Assembly (NCBI GenBank): GCA_027923505.1
Contig: BROI01000026.1
Span: forward strand, 186,001 to 250,000
DNA: 64,000 bases
Source of the DNA: Mayamaea pseudoterrestris
Lineage: Eukaryota
Direction: 5' to 3'
In this document: positions 33,446-46,100 of the stretch, piece by piece
Position numbering within the stretch: the first letter of the stretch is position 1
How the letters are laid out: every line of letters starts with the position of its first letter
The notes under the pieces: model-generated
The model's database searches: none
Told to the model about the DNA's origin: nothing
Seen by the model: only the letters and a program-made list of their open reading frames with translations
Position numbers and translations under genes: made by a program

Positions 33446-35021
33446 GAAAATCAAAGTTATTGGTAGTACTCTTTGAGTGACAGTCCACGTACGTTGAAAA
33501 TTTTTTTGGGAGGGACCGGAACGGTCCCCCGGGGGACCGCAGGTCCCTCGAAGCGCGCGAGCGGGCGCCCGCTGACTCGGCAAATGGTGCGACGTGCTTG
33601 CTTGAACAGCCATCGACACAATATCGTGCCAAAGTGCCGAAATCAACCAGCAACAAGCAGCAACAGCATCGAACGTTCGACATCAAACTCAACAAGCAAA
33701 AAGCGAATTGAAAAAGGTGACAACAACCAACGCACCTCCATGGCAACACATAGAGTGACGCACCTCTAGCGCAGCAAGCAACATGAATGGCGCGCCTAAG
33801 CCATGACGCCCAGCAGTAGTCGAACGGCGAACGGCGAACGGCGACCATGCAGTCGAACCATGGAGAAGCAACAGACAAAGGCACTTTCAATTGACAGTAT
33901 TATAATTAACGCCAACAAGTAGAGTTCAAACTAAGTACTAAGTAATATCATGCCACCACACCAGCAGCAGCATCGAACGTTTGTCAGCACCAACACGCAC
34001 AAAACACAAGCTCCTCCAAGCAGCAGCCAGCCCCAACTTGTTGTTGCTATTGTCGCTTGTCCTTTATTTCCTTTAAACGCCACCTCAAATGCTGCTAATG
34101 ACAAGGAAAGAAGATTGATGTAAGTGATTTCACCATGGCTGCCGTCAAAGGAGCAGACATGGCTGCCGCAGCGCCGCAGCCATTCTGTTCCAGTCGCCAG
34201 AGCCATTCTCCATACGGTCATTTTCCTTGCCCGTTACATCCTGGCAAGTAAGTGATCCTTTGAATGGTGAATACAATGGTGTAAGCCAACTCACTCAAAC
34301 TGCTGATCTTCCTTTAGACTTCAGCCGCCTTGAAAGGATTGGTTGACACACCCTTTGAGGCCGCTCCAGCTCTAGTCGCTACTTTAATCAAGGCTGACCA
34401 GCCTCTGCACCACACAGTTGCATTCAAGCCATTGTCGGGGCCCAGCGGTACTGTATCTTGCCATTGCAGGCTGTACCACCAGCTGGGATAATCTAATGAT
34501 TGGTTTTGGTTTGGAGGTGCACGAAATGTTTTCCAAGGCGTGGCAGGCTGTCGAACTGCCGGTGGCAGATTTTGAACTCAGTCAATTGAACAGCCACTCA
34601 CCTAGAATGGTTGAAAAGAGTACAAATGTGCGCATCTAGAAATGAGCACGCTACCTTGCGCACATTGGCCAATGCAAAACGGCAAACTTGCAAAGCAAAC
34701 TGATTAATGTGAATTGCAAGGACCCTTTTAAGTCATTGAAGAATTCTACTGGGACCATAAATTATCGTTTAGCAGCCTACAGAGTTCTAGTGGACCTTCT
34801 AGTGGGCCTTTTAATGCTTTTTATGTTTAATAAGAGTAATAGTTAACGCAGTATTTACGTCCAAAGTGCTGTCGCTATATTCTTGTCGGCCGCGCGTCGT
34901 TCGTCGTTTTCGCTTCAGTCAATACCGCAGAGACAGTTTAATGTCGTACCGTTTCTAGGTCCCTCGTCGGTCCCTCGCATGTCTTCTATACTAGAAAATC
35001 AAAGTTATTGGCACTACTCTT
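33446..35021. mobile_element. Putative non-autonomous insertion bounded by 28-bp imperfect direct repeats
   Basis: gaaaatcaaagttattgg(tag/cac)tactctt at 33446 and 34994; subterminal inverted GAGGGACCG/CGGTCCCTC; interior has no intact ORF. Confidence 0.4.
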
Positions 35022-35266
35022 GCGCTATACAGTCTTTTGCCATGAGTCATGATGTCTGATCGAACCGATGCGACATCAGTTCATCGCCGTCGATTATCGC
35101 GCACATCGAACATGGCGTGAAAGGCTGACTCTTCCACCATAATTCTTATATCTTTGCTGGCATGCATCGCCAAGCTTGTTCGTCTATTAATCTTAGATCC
35201 ATTGACAAGTCCATACGTCTCGCTGCTCGAAAATACAAATCACCGCTTCTTTCTTTAAGTCCGCCG

Positions 35267-37468
35267 ATGCGATTCTACTCGGTTAAAGTTATTTCGCTTC
35301 TTTTCCCATTCGCGCGAGCCTTTACAATCTTTGCCAAGCCAATCCAATACTCGTCGTCAAGCAGCACCAATACCTGTCCAGCAACTACCATGTCAGCTTT
35401 AGCAGATCCAAGTACTGTCGCTACGAATCCATTGCTGGAGGACTGGTCCAGTCAGCCATTCCACATGCCGCCCTTTGACAAAATTCAACCCCATCACTTT
35501 CCAGATGCCTTAAAGACAGCCATGCAGGAGGAACTTGAGGAGCTCCAAGCGATTGCTCAGGAACATAATCCTAATTTTGAAAACATTGTTGCAACATTTG
35601 ATCGCTCCGGCCGCCAGTGCAGCCGCATTCAAGCCGTCTTTAACAATCTTTGCAGCAGCATGAATGTTCCAGAATTGCAGGAGATTGAGCGAGAAATGGC
35701 GCCGCTACAGAGTCGCCATTCGAGCGCCTGCTACCAAGTCCCAGGGCTATTCGACAAGATTCGTGTAGTCTACGAGCAGCGCGAGTCGAGCAATTTAACG
35801 TCGGAGCAAGTACGACTGGTGGAGCGCATTCACACGGACTTTACCAGAGCCGGAGCCGCGCTTTCGCAAAAAGACCAAGATGAACTCACGGAACTCAAGG
35901 CGGAATTGGCGACGCTCATGACCAATTTCACACAAAATGTCATGAAGGATGAAGAAACGTGGCAGTTGGAACTGACCGAAGCTGACATGGTTGGGTGTCC
36001 GGAAACGTTAAAGGATGCGGCCAAGGCGCAAGACCAGACTAACGTATACATTATCACCACGAGCCGCTCATTGGTTGAGCCGTTTCTGACATACTCGGAC
36101 CGCCGCGATTTGCGCCAACAGGTCATGGAGGCGTGGACGTCGCGTGGGCAAATGTCGGAAGACAGAGACAATCTAAAGCTGGCAACGAAGATACTTCGGC
36201 TTCGCAAACGCATTGCCAATATTCACGGCCACACGTCGTTTGCCGCATACCAGTGCGTCGATCGCATGGCACTGACGCCTGCCAATGTTTTGAAACTTTT
36301 GGAAAACGTTTGGAACAGGGCCAAGGAGTCGGCCAATCGCGAGCGACTGGCCATGGAAGACTTTGTCAAAGAGTCGGGCGAAGATTTGCAGGGCGGGATT
36401 CAGCCGTGGGACTGGCGTTACTATGCTGAGAAAGTGCGCAAGGCCAAATACGACTTGGATGAGTCACTTTTGAAGCCGTACTTGTCGTTGGAAAATTGCC
36501 GCAATGCACTGTTTCATGTTTCAAACAAGCTGTTTGGTCTTGAGTACAAGAAGCTTGACAACGTCCAAGTTTATCACCCCGATGTTGATGTTTACCAGGT
36601 GACGGATAAGTCTTTTGAAAGTGATAAGCTTGTTGCCATTTTCCTTCACGACAACTTTGCGCGTCCCTACAAGACGTCGGGTGCCTGGATGAGCGAATAT
36701 CGTTCTCAGACCAAGAACCTTGGTGCTGATTCGGATGTTATGCAAGGCATTCCAATCGTTTCAAACAACAACAATTTCGCCAAGTCCGACGTGACTCTTT
36801 TGAGCTACGACGATGCCACGACACTTTTTCATGAAATGGGGCACGGGCATCATGGCATGCTGAGTGACGCGACGTACGGTCGACTGGCGAGCACGAATGT
36901 AATGACGGACTTTGTCGAGTTGCCATCGCAGCTCATGGAGCATTGGCTCGACCAACGGCAGATTTTAAAGGAGTTTGCCAAGCATTACCAGACGGGTGAG
37001 CCGGTTCCGGATGACTTGCTGGACAAGCTTGACGCTGCCAAGGCGTTCCAGCAGGGATTCCAGACTGTCGAGTACACTGTTTGCGCGTTGATTGACATGG
37101 CGCTCCATGAGATGGAAGACTATCCAGATGATTTTGACTTGGAAGCCTTTGAAAAGGAGCAACTCGAGCGTCTCGGCATGCCGAAGGGAATTGTCATGCG
37201 TCACCGCCCCGCGCACTTCCAGCACTTATTTTCGACAAACAGTTACGCCGCTGGCTACTACGTATACCTTTGGGCTGACGTTTTGGTGGCCGATGCGTTT
37301 GCCGCCTTTGAGGAAACAGGCGACTGCTTCGACAAAGCCACGGCCGAACGCGCACGCAAGTACATTTACTCGGCCGGCAATACGCAGGCGCCGGACGAAT
37401 TGTTCCGGCTCTTTCGCGGCCGCGACCCTGACATAAACTATCTGCTGAAAGAGCGTCACCTGCTATAA
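35267..37468 (+). CDS. M3 metallopeptidase (Dcp/oligopeptidase A-like), probably plastid-targeted
   Basis: FHEMGH, DFVELPSQLME, HLF...YAAGYY and FRGR motifs; leader ...FARA|FT. Confidence 0.93.
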   Translation: MRFYSVKVISLLFPFARAFTIFAKPIQYSSSSSTNTCPATTMSALADPSTVATNPLLEDWSSQPFHMPPFDKIQPHHFPDALKTAMQEELEELQAIAQEHNPNFENIVATFDRSGRQCSRIQAVFNNLCSSMNVPELQEIEREMAPLQSRHSSACYQVPGLFDKIRVVYEQRESSNLTSEQVRLVERIHTDFTRAGAALSQKDQDELTELKAELATLMTNFTQNVMKDEETWQLELTEADMVGCPETLKDAAKAQDQTNVYIITTSRSLVEPFLTYSDRRDLRQQVMEAWTSRGQMSEDRDNLKLATKILRLRKRIANIHGHTSFAAYQCVDRMALTPANVLKLLENVWNRAKESANRERLAMEDFVKESGEDLQGGIQPWDWRYYAEKVRKAKYDLDESLLKPYLSLENCRNALFHVSNKLFGLEYKKLDNVQVYHPDVDVYQVTDKSFESDKLVAIFLHDNFARPYKTSGAWMSEYRSQTKNLGADSDVMQGIPIVSNNNNFAKSDVTLLSYDDATTLFHEMGHGHHGMLSDATYGRLASTNVMTDFVELPSQLMEHWLDQRQILKEFAKHYQTGEPVPDDLLDKLDAAKAFQQGFQTVEYTVCALIDMALHEMEDYPDDFDLEAFEKEQLERLGMPKGIVMRHRPAHFQHLFSTNSYAAGYYVYLWADVLVADAFAAFEETGDCFDKATAERARKYIYSAGNTQAPDELFRLFRGRDPDINYLLKERHLL

Positions 37469-37531
37469 TTGGTGTATGTAAAAAGTATAGTTGGACTGCT
37501 TTTACGCTCATATATACAATCATCTACTGTA

Positions 37532-38695
37532 CTAGAATAGACCAGTAGCAGTCGTCCCCGACGCAGCTGCTGCCTTTGCAGCTTCCCCACTATCGTCCAC
37601 GACGGCTTCTTCCATTTCCAAAAAGGTTTCGGCGTTCTCGTATCCTTGATCAAACCTCCTTTGGAGTTCATCGTCCGTCGGGCTCCAAAGAATTTGTTTC
37701 CAAGTTAATCCGTTGCTAGGCGTCAAATGCAGTCGCACGTGTGGAGTCAGCGAAAGGTACCGCATGGATTTATAAGAATCACGATATTTGCGATCAACGG
37801 AAGGATTTATGGAGAGATGTGACGGAAAGTCAACAGCAAGGGGAGTCACCATGACTGTATTATCATCGAAATATGGAAAGCAGTTGGCAATTCCTCCGTC
37901 CCAGCAGAATTCACGCGCAGTCTTGTCAGCCACATCTCTTTGTACCAGTTTATGATCTGTTCCATCCTTGACACACCCTCGGTCCAGCATGTCTTCTAGC
38001 CGCCGCATGGCTCGTGAAACGGCCGAGTTGTTCGCGTCCAAGCTTCCCCACGCCGGGCCAGTCACACCAGGCACATAACTAGACAAGACGCATGCTGCCA
38101 TGACATCGTCCATGTCCGCATAGGAATCAACGTAGACAAACGAATGCTCACGGCCGAGTGACCGCAATCGTCGGGTATCCGTCAAACCTATGCGAAGTCG
38201 CTTGCCATGTTCGATGCGTCGCATGAATGCATTTATATCTGCTGATTTCAGCAATGGGCGCAAATAGTCCTCCATGACATCTATAAGAGAAAACCCTGGC
38301 TGTAGAACATTCAGCCGACCAGCTTTGCGAGCTCGCTGCGCAACTTGTAGGACGGCCTCCATGCCATCCCGAGGTGCAACATGTGCCGCGAGAGCAGCGG
38401 CGGTAAGAGCACCTCCACTCACACCACATAGCGGAATTATAGGTTGCGGCGATTGCATCGAAGTAGAAAAACTACTTTGGGTTTGGTTTGTCATTGTTCC
38501 CTTGTCGTCCGTGTCAGCACGTCCCGAAGGAGCTGTCGAAGCAGGACGGTCAACATCATCTGATAAATTAATGACTCCATGATCAACCAAGCATTGCGCG
38601 ACGCCCAAATGGTAGCATGTGAGAAAGCCGGCTCCGGAGAATCCAAGCGAGGATATTACCGGACGACTGCGAGGAAGACTTTGGACGATCGCCAT
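37532..38695 (-). CDS. Patatin-like phospholipase (PNPLA)
   Basis: FSGAGFLTCYHLG, GVSGG (GxSxG) and DGG motifs. Confidence 0.9.
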   Translation of the reverse strand: MAIVQSLPRSRPVISSLGFSGAGFLTCYHLGVAQCLVDHGVINLSDDVDRPASTAPSGRADTDDKGTMTNQTQSSFSTSMQSPQPIIPLCGVSGGALTAAALAAHVAPRDGMEAVLQVAQRARKAGRLNVLQPGFSLIDVMEDYLRPLLKSADINAFMRRIEHGKRLRIGLTDTRRLRSLGREHSFVYVDSYADMDDVMAACVLSSYVPGVTGPAWGSLDANNSAVSRAMRRLEDMLDRGCVKDGTDHKLVQRDVADKTAREFCWDGGIANCFPYFDDNTVMVTPLAVDFPSHLSINPSVDRKYRDSYKSMRYLSLTPHVRLHLTPSNGLTWKQILWSPTDDELQRRFDQGYENAETFLEMEEAVVDDSGEAAKAAAASGTTATGLF

Positions 38696-38927
38696 GGTGA
38701 TGTGCTTGCAGCTTCCAAGCGAAATTGTGGTGGCACATCGAAGTCACGCGATTCGGACATTTCGCATGACTGAAAACTAGAGGTCGTCGGAAGTTGTGAG
38801 TCCCGTATGACAGAGTCGAACGCGCACGCGCACGTTGACGACGAAAGATCGGTCAATCGGCGGCCGACCAAGGCACGTACATAACAAGCGAGCGGCGACA
38901 ACAAAAAAACGAAAGCAGCATCCGATC

Positions 38928-39284
38928 ATGACACCAACCTTGTTTAAAAGTGTATTATTCTTTGCACTGCTTGCGAGCTGCGTTGATGCTTTAACGACAA
39001 GCCAGACGATCACCCGAACCTGCTCGTCCTCGCCCTCATCGACTCGACGCTGTCTCTTCTTTAATAATAACAAGGACAAGGACAATGGCAAGCCGACGAG
39101 CACCAGCGCGAATAAGAAGCAAGTAGGGTCAAAAAATGAGGCAAAGAAACCTTTCAAATTCCTGTACGGCAAACCAATGTACGACTGGGTCAATGGCAGG
39201 CCACTGACGCCCGAGGAAATGAAGGAAAAGAAGCCCTTTGATTGGAATGCGGCATCAAAGACAAGGAACAGTGGCAAGAAATAA
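38928..39284 (+). CDS. Small Lys-rich hypothetical protein with signal and transit-like leader
   Basis: MTPTLFKSVLFFALLASCVDAL followed by an S/T/R-rich stretch; YGKPMYDWVNG core. Confidence 0.7.
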   Translation: MTPTLFKSVLFFALLASCVDALTTSQTITRTCSSSPSSTRRCLFFNNNKDKDNGKPTSTSANKKQVGSKNEAKKPFKFLYGKPMYDWVNGRPLTPEEMKEKKPFDWNAASKTRNSGKK

Positions 39285-39779
39285 CAAGCAGGCCAATAAA
39301 TGATGCTTATGTTATCAATTGAAAGTTGGCAAGTGAGCCAGCTGATGGAGTATGAGGTACGCGGTATGTGTCAAAATTATATTGGACTTAACAGTTAGAC
39401 CTAGAGCCACAATGCACACACATGCTGTTTCTCAGAAAGCACATAACAATTCTGTCTAGGGGGCTCGGTTTATGAAGGTGGTTGTCTTTAAATAGGCTAC
39501 TCTTTGGATAAAAGTTTGTATTGAATGTAGATGTAGATGCACTAAAATCGACGAATATGTTCAATGATGCAAGTGTATGTAAGCAAACCTTTGCGCTAAG
39601 GTTATTAAAATAGTGGCAATCCTCTAACACGACATGCAAAGAAGTGTAATGAATCTGCAGTTGGCTGTAAACCAGGCCCAACATTAGGCTTCCCAGATAA
39701 TAAATCGTCACACTGACAAGTGCCACAGCAAGTAGCTGGGCATAGGCATAAACAGGTGGCAGAATGGGAACTTGCAACA

Positions 39780-40140
39780 AATAGGATTGGGGAGCACATT
39801 CCCAGCTCATGTGTAGCATCACTTGCCATTTGGGAGGGAAGGTCCACACGGTAACCTGCCCATGTGAGACTACAGTGTGTGCACATTCAAGGCCACACTG
39901 AATCCGCCCTGCTCCATAGTATGTTCTGGCTGCTAGGGATCACAGCATTGCCTGCTGAGCCCTCCAATAGTCTTGCTCAAATTATGTTTTGTCAATGCTT
40001 GGGGACACATATGAGGGTCATGTTGCATCAGCATCCATCACCATGTATGCCATGGTGAGGAGCAGTCCACACTGTAACCAGCTGGTGCACCCAGTAAGTG
40101 AGACTCCCAAAAGGCCTACCCCATAATACAACAATATGGA
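39780..40140. repeat. Degenerate hybrid of Sat176 and Sat348 forming the left border of the satellite block
   Basis: Sat176 words (cagctcatgtgtagca, gggagg..ggtccacac, ccaatagtcttgctc, gcttggggacacatatg) are interleaved with Sat348 words (cagcattgcctgctgagccctccaat, cagcatccatcaccatg). Confidence 0.8.
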
Positions 40141-43100
40141 CTTGAGGACACATATTGATTGGTGCAGCAATCATTCGCAGCTCTGTGCATTGGTGTGTGG
40201 GAAGTCCACACTATGCCCTGACTCTTCAACAATGGTTGAATGGCCAGCCCTGCTCCCTTTTTGGCTGCAGGAATCATCAGCATTGCCCGCTGAGCCCTCC
40301 AATTTCTTTCAAATCATGTTTGTTGTTAATGATAGTACTTAATTTGGTCAGTTGCACCTCGGCATCCATCACCATGTACGCAACGGTGAGACTGAGCAGA
40401 TTCAACAACTTGTTGGATCTGCTAGCGGTGCACCTCAAGTGGCAAGTGAGACTTCCAAAAAAGCTTGCAGACCCAATAAGACAACCAATAGGGACATGCA
40501 CATTGATTGGGTCTCATAGACTTGTCCATTTGGGCGTGGAAGCCATCACTATGCCCTGAGACTCCGCACATTCAACGAATGGTTGAATGCGCCAGCCCTG
40601 CTCCCTTTTTGGCTACAGGTATCATCAGCATTGCCCGCTGAGCCCTCCAATTTCTTTCAAATCATGTTTGTTGTCAATGATGGGCCATAAGTTGGTCAGC
40701 TGCACCTCAGCATCCATCACCATGTATGCCACGGTGAGACTGAGCAGATTCAACAACTTGTTGGATCTGCTAGTGGTGCACCTCAAGTGGCAAGTGAGAC
40801 TTCCAAAATGGGCTGCAAACCCCATAAGACAAACATTTTGGACTTGAACATTGATTGGCGTCTCATAGACTTGCCCATTTAAGCGTGGAAGCCATCACTA
40901 TGCCCTGAGACTCCGCACATTCAAACAATGGTTGAATGTACCAGCCCTGCTCCCTTTTTGGCTGCAGGAATCATCAGCATTGCCCACTGAGCCCTCCCAA
41001 TTCTTTTAAATAATGTTGTTCTCAATGATGGCCATAAGTGGGTCAGTTGCACCTCAGCATGTTGGATCTGCTAGCGGTGCACCTCAAGTGGCAAGTGAGA
41101 CTTCCAAAATGGCTTGCAGACCCCATAAGACAACCAGTAGGGACTTAAACATTGATTGGGACTCGTAGACTTGTCCGTTTGGGCGTGGAAGCCCTCACTA
41201 TGCCCTGAGACTCCGCACATTCAACCAATGGTTGAATGTGCCAGCCCTGCTCCCAATTTGGCTGCAGGGATCATCAGCATTGCCCACTGAGCTCTCCAAT
41301 TTCTTTCAAATCATGTTTGTTCTCAATGATGGGCCATAAGTTGGTCAGCTGCACCTCAGCATCCATTACTATGTACGCCACGGAGTGACTGAGCAGTATC
41401 AACCAGCTTGTTGGATCTGCTAGCGGTGCACCTCAAGTGGCAAGTGAGACTTCCAAAATGGCCTGCAGACCCCATAATACAACCAATATGGACTTGAACA
41501 ATGAATGGGTTTCATAGACTTGTCCATTTGGGTGTGGAAGCCATCACTATGCCCTGAGACTCCGCACATTCAACCAATGGTTGAATGTGCCAGCCCTGCT
41601 CCCTTTTTGGCTGCAGGGATCATCAGCATTGCCCGCTGAGCCCTCCAATTTCTTTCAAATCATGTTTGTTGTCAATTATAGGCCCTGAGTTGGTCAGTTG
41701 CACCTCAGCATCCATCACTATGTACGCCGCGGTGAGACTGAGCAGATTCAACAACTTGTTGGATCTGCTAGCGGTGCACCTCAAGTGGCAAGTGAGACTT
41801 CCAAAATGGCCTGCAGACCCCATAAGACAACCAATATGGACTTGAACATTGTTTGGGACTCATAGACTTGTCCATTTGGGTGTGGAAGCCATCACTATGC
41901 CCTGAGACTCCGCACATTCAACCAATGGTTGAATGTGCCAGCCCTGCTCCCTTTTTGGCTGCAGGGATCATCAGCATTGCCCGCTGAGCCCTCCAATTTC
42001 TTTCAAATCATGTTTGTTGTCAATGATGGGCCATAAGTTGGTCAGCTGCACCTCAGCATCCATCACCATGTACACCACAGTGAGAAACTTGTTGGATCTG
42101 CTAGCGGTGCACCTCAAGTGGCAAGTGAGACTTCCAAAATGGCCTGCAGACCCCATAAGACAACCAATATGGACTTGAACATTGTTTGGGACTTGTAGAC
42201 TTGTCTATTTGGGCGTGGAAGCCATCACTATGCCCTGAGACTCCGCACATTCAACCAATGGTTGAATGTGCCAGCCCTGCTCCCTTTTTGGCTGCATGGA
42301 TCATCAGCACTGCCCGCTGAACCCACCAATTTCTTTCAAATCATGTTGTTCTCAATGATGGCCATAAGCTGGTCAGTTGCACCTCAGCATCCATCACCAT
42401 GTACGCCACAGTGAGACTGAGCAGATCCAACAACTTGTTGGATCTGCTAGTGGTGCACCTCAAGTGGCAAGTGAGACTTCCAAAATGGCCTGCAGACCCC
42501 ATTATACAACCAATATGGACTTGAACATTGATTGGGACTCGTAGACTTGTCCATTTGGGCGTGGAAGCCATCACTATGCCCTGAGACTCCGCACATTCAA
42601 CCAATGGTTGAATGTGCCAGCCCTGCTCCCTTTTTGGCTGCAGGAATCATCAGCATTGCCTGCTGAGCCCTCCAATTTCTTTCAAATCATGTTTGTTGTC
42701 AATGATGGGCCTTAAGTTGGTCAGCTGCACCTCAGCATCCATCACCATGTATGCCACGGTGAGACTGAGCAGATTCAACAACTTGTTGGCTCTGCTATTG
42801 GTGCACCTCAAGTGGCAAGTGAGACTTCCAGATTGGCCTGCAGACCCCATAAGACAACCAATATGGACTTGAACAATGAATGGGACTCATAGACTTGTCC
42901 ATTTGGGCGTGGAAGCCATCACTATGCCCTGAGACTCCGCACATTCAACCAATGGTTGAATGTGCCAGCCCTGCTCCCTTTTTGGCTGCAGGGATCATCA
43001 GCATTGCCCGCTGAGCCCTCCAATTTCTTTCAAATCATGTTTGTTGTCAATGATGGGCCATAAGTTGGTCAGCTGCACCTCAGCATCCATCACCATGTAC

Positions 43101-46100
43101 ACCACAGTGAGAAAACTTGTTGGATCTGCTAGCGGTGCACCTCAAGTGGCAAGTGAGACTTCCAAAATGGCCTGCAGACCCCATAAGACAACCAATAGGG
43201 ACATGGACATTGATTGGGTCTCATAAACTTGTCCATTTGGGCGTGGAAGCCATCACTTTGCCCTGAGACTCCACACATTCAACGAATGGTTGAATGCGCC
43301 AGCCCTGCTCCCTTTTTGGCTACAGGTATCATCAGCATTGCCCGCTGAGCCCTCCAATTTCTTTCAAATCATGTTTGTTGTCAATGATGGGCCATAAGCT
43401 GGTCAGCTGCACCTCAGCATCCATCACCATGTATGCCACGGAGAGTCTGAGCAGATTCAACAACTTGCTGGATCTGCTAGCGGTGCACCTCAAGTGGCAG
43501 GTGAGACTTCCAAAAAGGCTTGCAGACCCCATAACACAAAAATTATGGACTTGAACATTGATTGGGACTCATAGACTTGTCTATTTAAGCGTGGAAGCCA
43601 TCACTATGCCCTGAGACTCCGCACATTCAACCAATGGTTGAATGTGCCAGCCCTGCTCCCTTTTTGGCTGCAGGAATCATCAGCATTGCCTGCTGAGCCC
43701 TCCAATATATTTCAAATCATGTTTGTTGTCAATGATAGGCCCTTAGTTGGTCAGTTGCACCTCAGCATCCATCACTATGTACGCCACGGGGAGACTGAGC
43801 AGATTCAACAACTTGTTGGATCTGCTAGCAGTGCACCTCAAGTGGCAAGTGAGACTTCCAAAATGGCCTGCAGACCCCATAAGACAACCAATATGGACTT
43901 GAACATTGTTTGGGACTCATAGACTTGTCCATTTTAGCGTGGAAGCCATCACTATGCCCTGAGACTCCGCACATTCAACCAATGGTTGATTGTGCCAGCT
44001 CTGCTCCCTTTTTGGCTGCAGGTATCATCAGCATTGCCCGCTGAGCTCTCCAATTTCTTTCAAATCATGTTTGTTGTCAATTGTAGGCCTTGAGTTGGTC
44101 AGTTGCACCTCAGCATTCATCACCATGTATGTCGTGGGGAGACTGAGCAGATTCAACAACTTGTTGGATCTGCTAGCAGTGCACCTCAAGTGGCAAGTGA
44201 GACTTCCAAAATGGCCTGCAGACCCCATAAGACAACCGGAAAGAAAACGTCTGATCGGCACTCAACACCAATGGTTGAATGTTCCTTCAGCCCTGTCCTT
44301 CCTTTGTTCAGGAATCATCAGCACTGCGGTGCCCGCCCCAACCCCCAATCAAACCAAAAATTTGTGTGTCACGACAGGCCCTAATTGGTCAGCTGCACCT
44401 CAGCATTCATCACCATGTATGTCGTGGGGAGACTGAGCAGATTCAACAACTTGTTGGATCTGCTAGCAGTGCACCTCAAGTGGCAAGTGAGACTTCCAAA
44501 ATGGCCTGCAGACCCCATAAGACAACCGTGGAAGCCATCACTATGCCCTGAGACTCCGCACATTCAACCAATGGTTGAATGTACCAGCCCTGCTCCCTTT
44601 CTGGCTGTAGAAATCATCAGCATTGCCCGCTGAGCCCTCCAATCTCTCTTGTTGGATCTGCTAGCAGTGCACCTCAAGTGGCAAGTGAGACTTCCAAAAT
44701 GGCCTGCAGACCCCATAAGACAACCAATAGGGACATGAACATTGATTGGGACTCATAGACTTGTCCATTTTGGCGTGGAAGCCATCATAATGCCCTGAGA
44801 CTCCGCACATTCAACCAATGGTTGAATGTGTCAGCTCTGCTCCCATTTTGGCTACAGGAATCATCAGCATTGCCCACTGAGCCCTCCAATTTCTTTCAAA
44901 TCAAATTTGTTGTCAATGATAGGCCCTAAGTTGGTCAGTTGCACCTCAGCATCTAAGACCATGTACACCACGGTGAGATTGAGCAGATTCAACAACTTGT
45001 TGGATCTGCTAGCGGTGCACCTCAAGTGGCAAGTGAGACTTCCAAAATGGCCTGCAGACCCCATAAATCAACCAATAGGGACATGAACATTGATTGGGTC
45101 TCATAGACTTGTCCATTTGGGCGTGGAAGCCGTCACTATGCCCTGAGACTCTGCACATTCAACGAATGGTTGAATGCGCCAGCCCTGCTCCCTTTTTGGC
45201 TACAGGGATCATCAGCATTGCCTGATGAGCCCTCCAATTTATTTCAAATCATGTATGTTGTCAATGATAGGCCATAAGTTGGTCAGTTGCACCTCAGCAT
45301 TCATCACCATGTACGCCACGGAGAGACTGAGCAGATTCAACAACTTGTTGGATCTGCTAGCGGTGCACCTCAAGTGGCAAGTGAGACTTCCAAAAAGGCT
45401 TGCAGACCCCATAAGACAACCATTATGGACTTGAACATTGATTGGGACGCATAGACTTGTCCATTTGGGCATGGAAGCCATCACTATGCCCTGAGACTCC
45501 GCACATTCAACCAATGGTTGAATGTGCCAGCCCTGCTCCCTTTTTGGCTGCAGGAATCATCAGCATTGCCCGCTGAGCCCTCCAATCTCTTTCATATCAT
45601 GTTGGTTGTCAATGATAGGCCCTAAGTTGGTCAGTTGCACCTCAGCATCCATCACTATGTACGCCGCGGTGAGACTGAGCAGATTCAACAACTTGTTGGA
45701 TCTGCTAGTGGTGCACCTCAAGTGGCAAGTGAGACTTCCAAAATGGCCTGCAGACCCCATAAGACAACCCATATGGGCTTGAACATTGATTGGCACGCAT
45801 ACACTTGTCCATTTGGGTGTCAAAGCCATCATTATGCTTTGAGACTCCGCACATTCAACCAATGGTTGAATGTGCCAGCCCTGCTCCCTTTTTGGCTGCA
45901 GGAATCATCAGCATTGCCCGCTGAGCCCTCCAATTTCTTTCAAATCATGTTTGTTGTCAATGATAGGCCCTAAGTTGGTCAGTTGCACCTCAGCATCCAT
46001 CACCATGTACGCCACGGTGAGACTGAGCAGATTCAACAACTTGTTAGAGCTGCTAGCGGTGCACCTCAAGTGGCAAGTGAGACTTCCAAAATGGCCTGCA

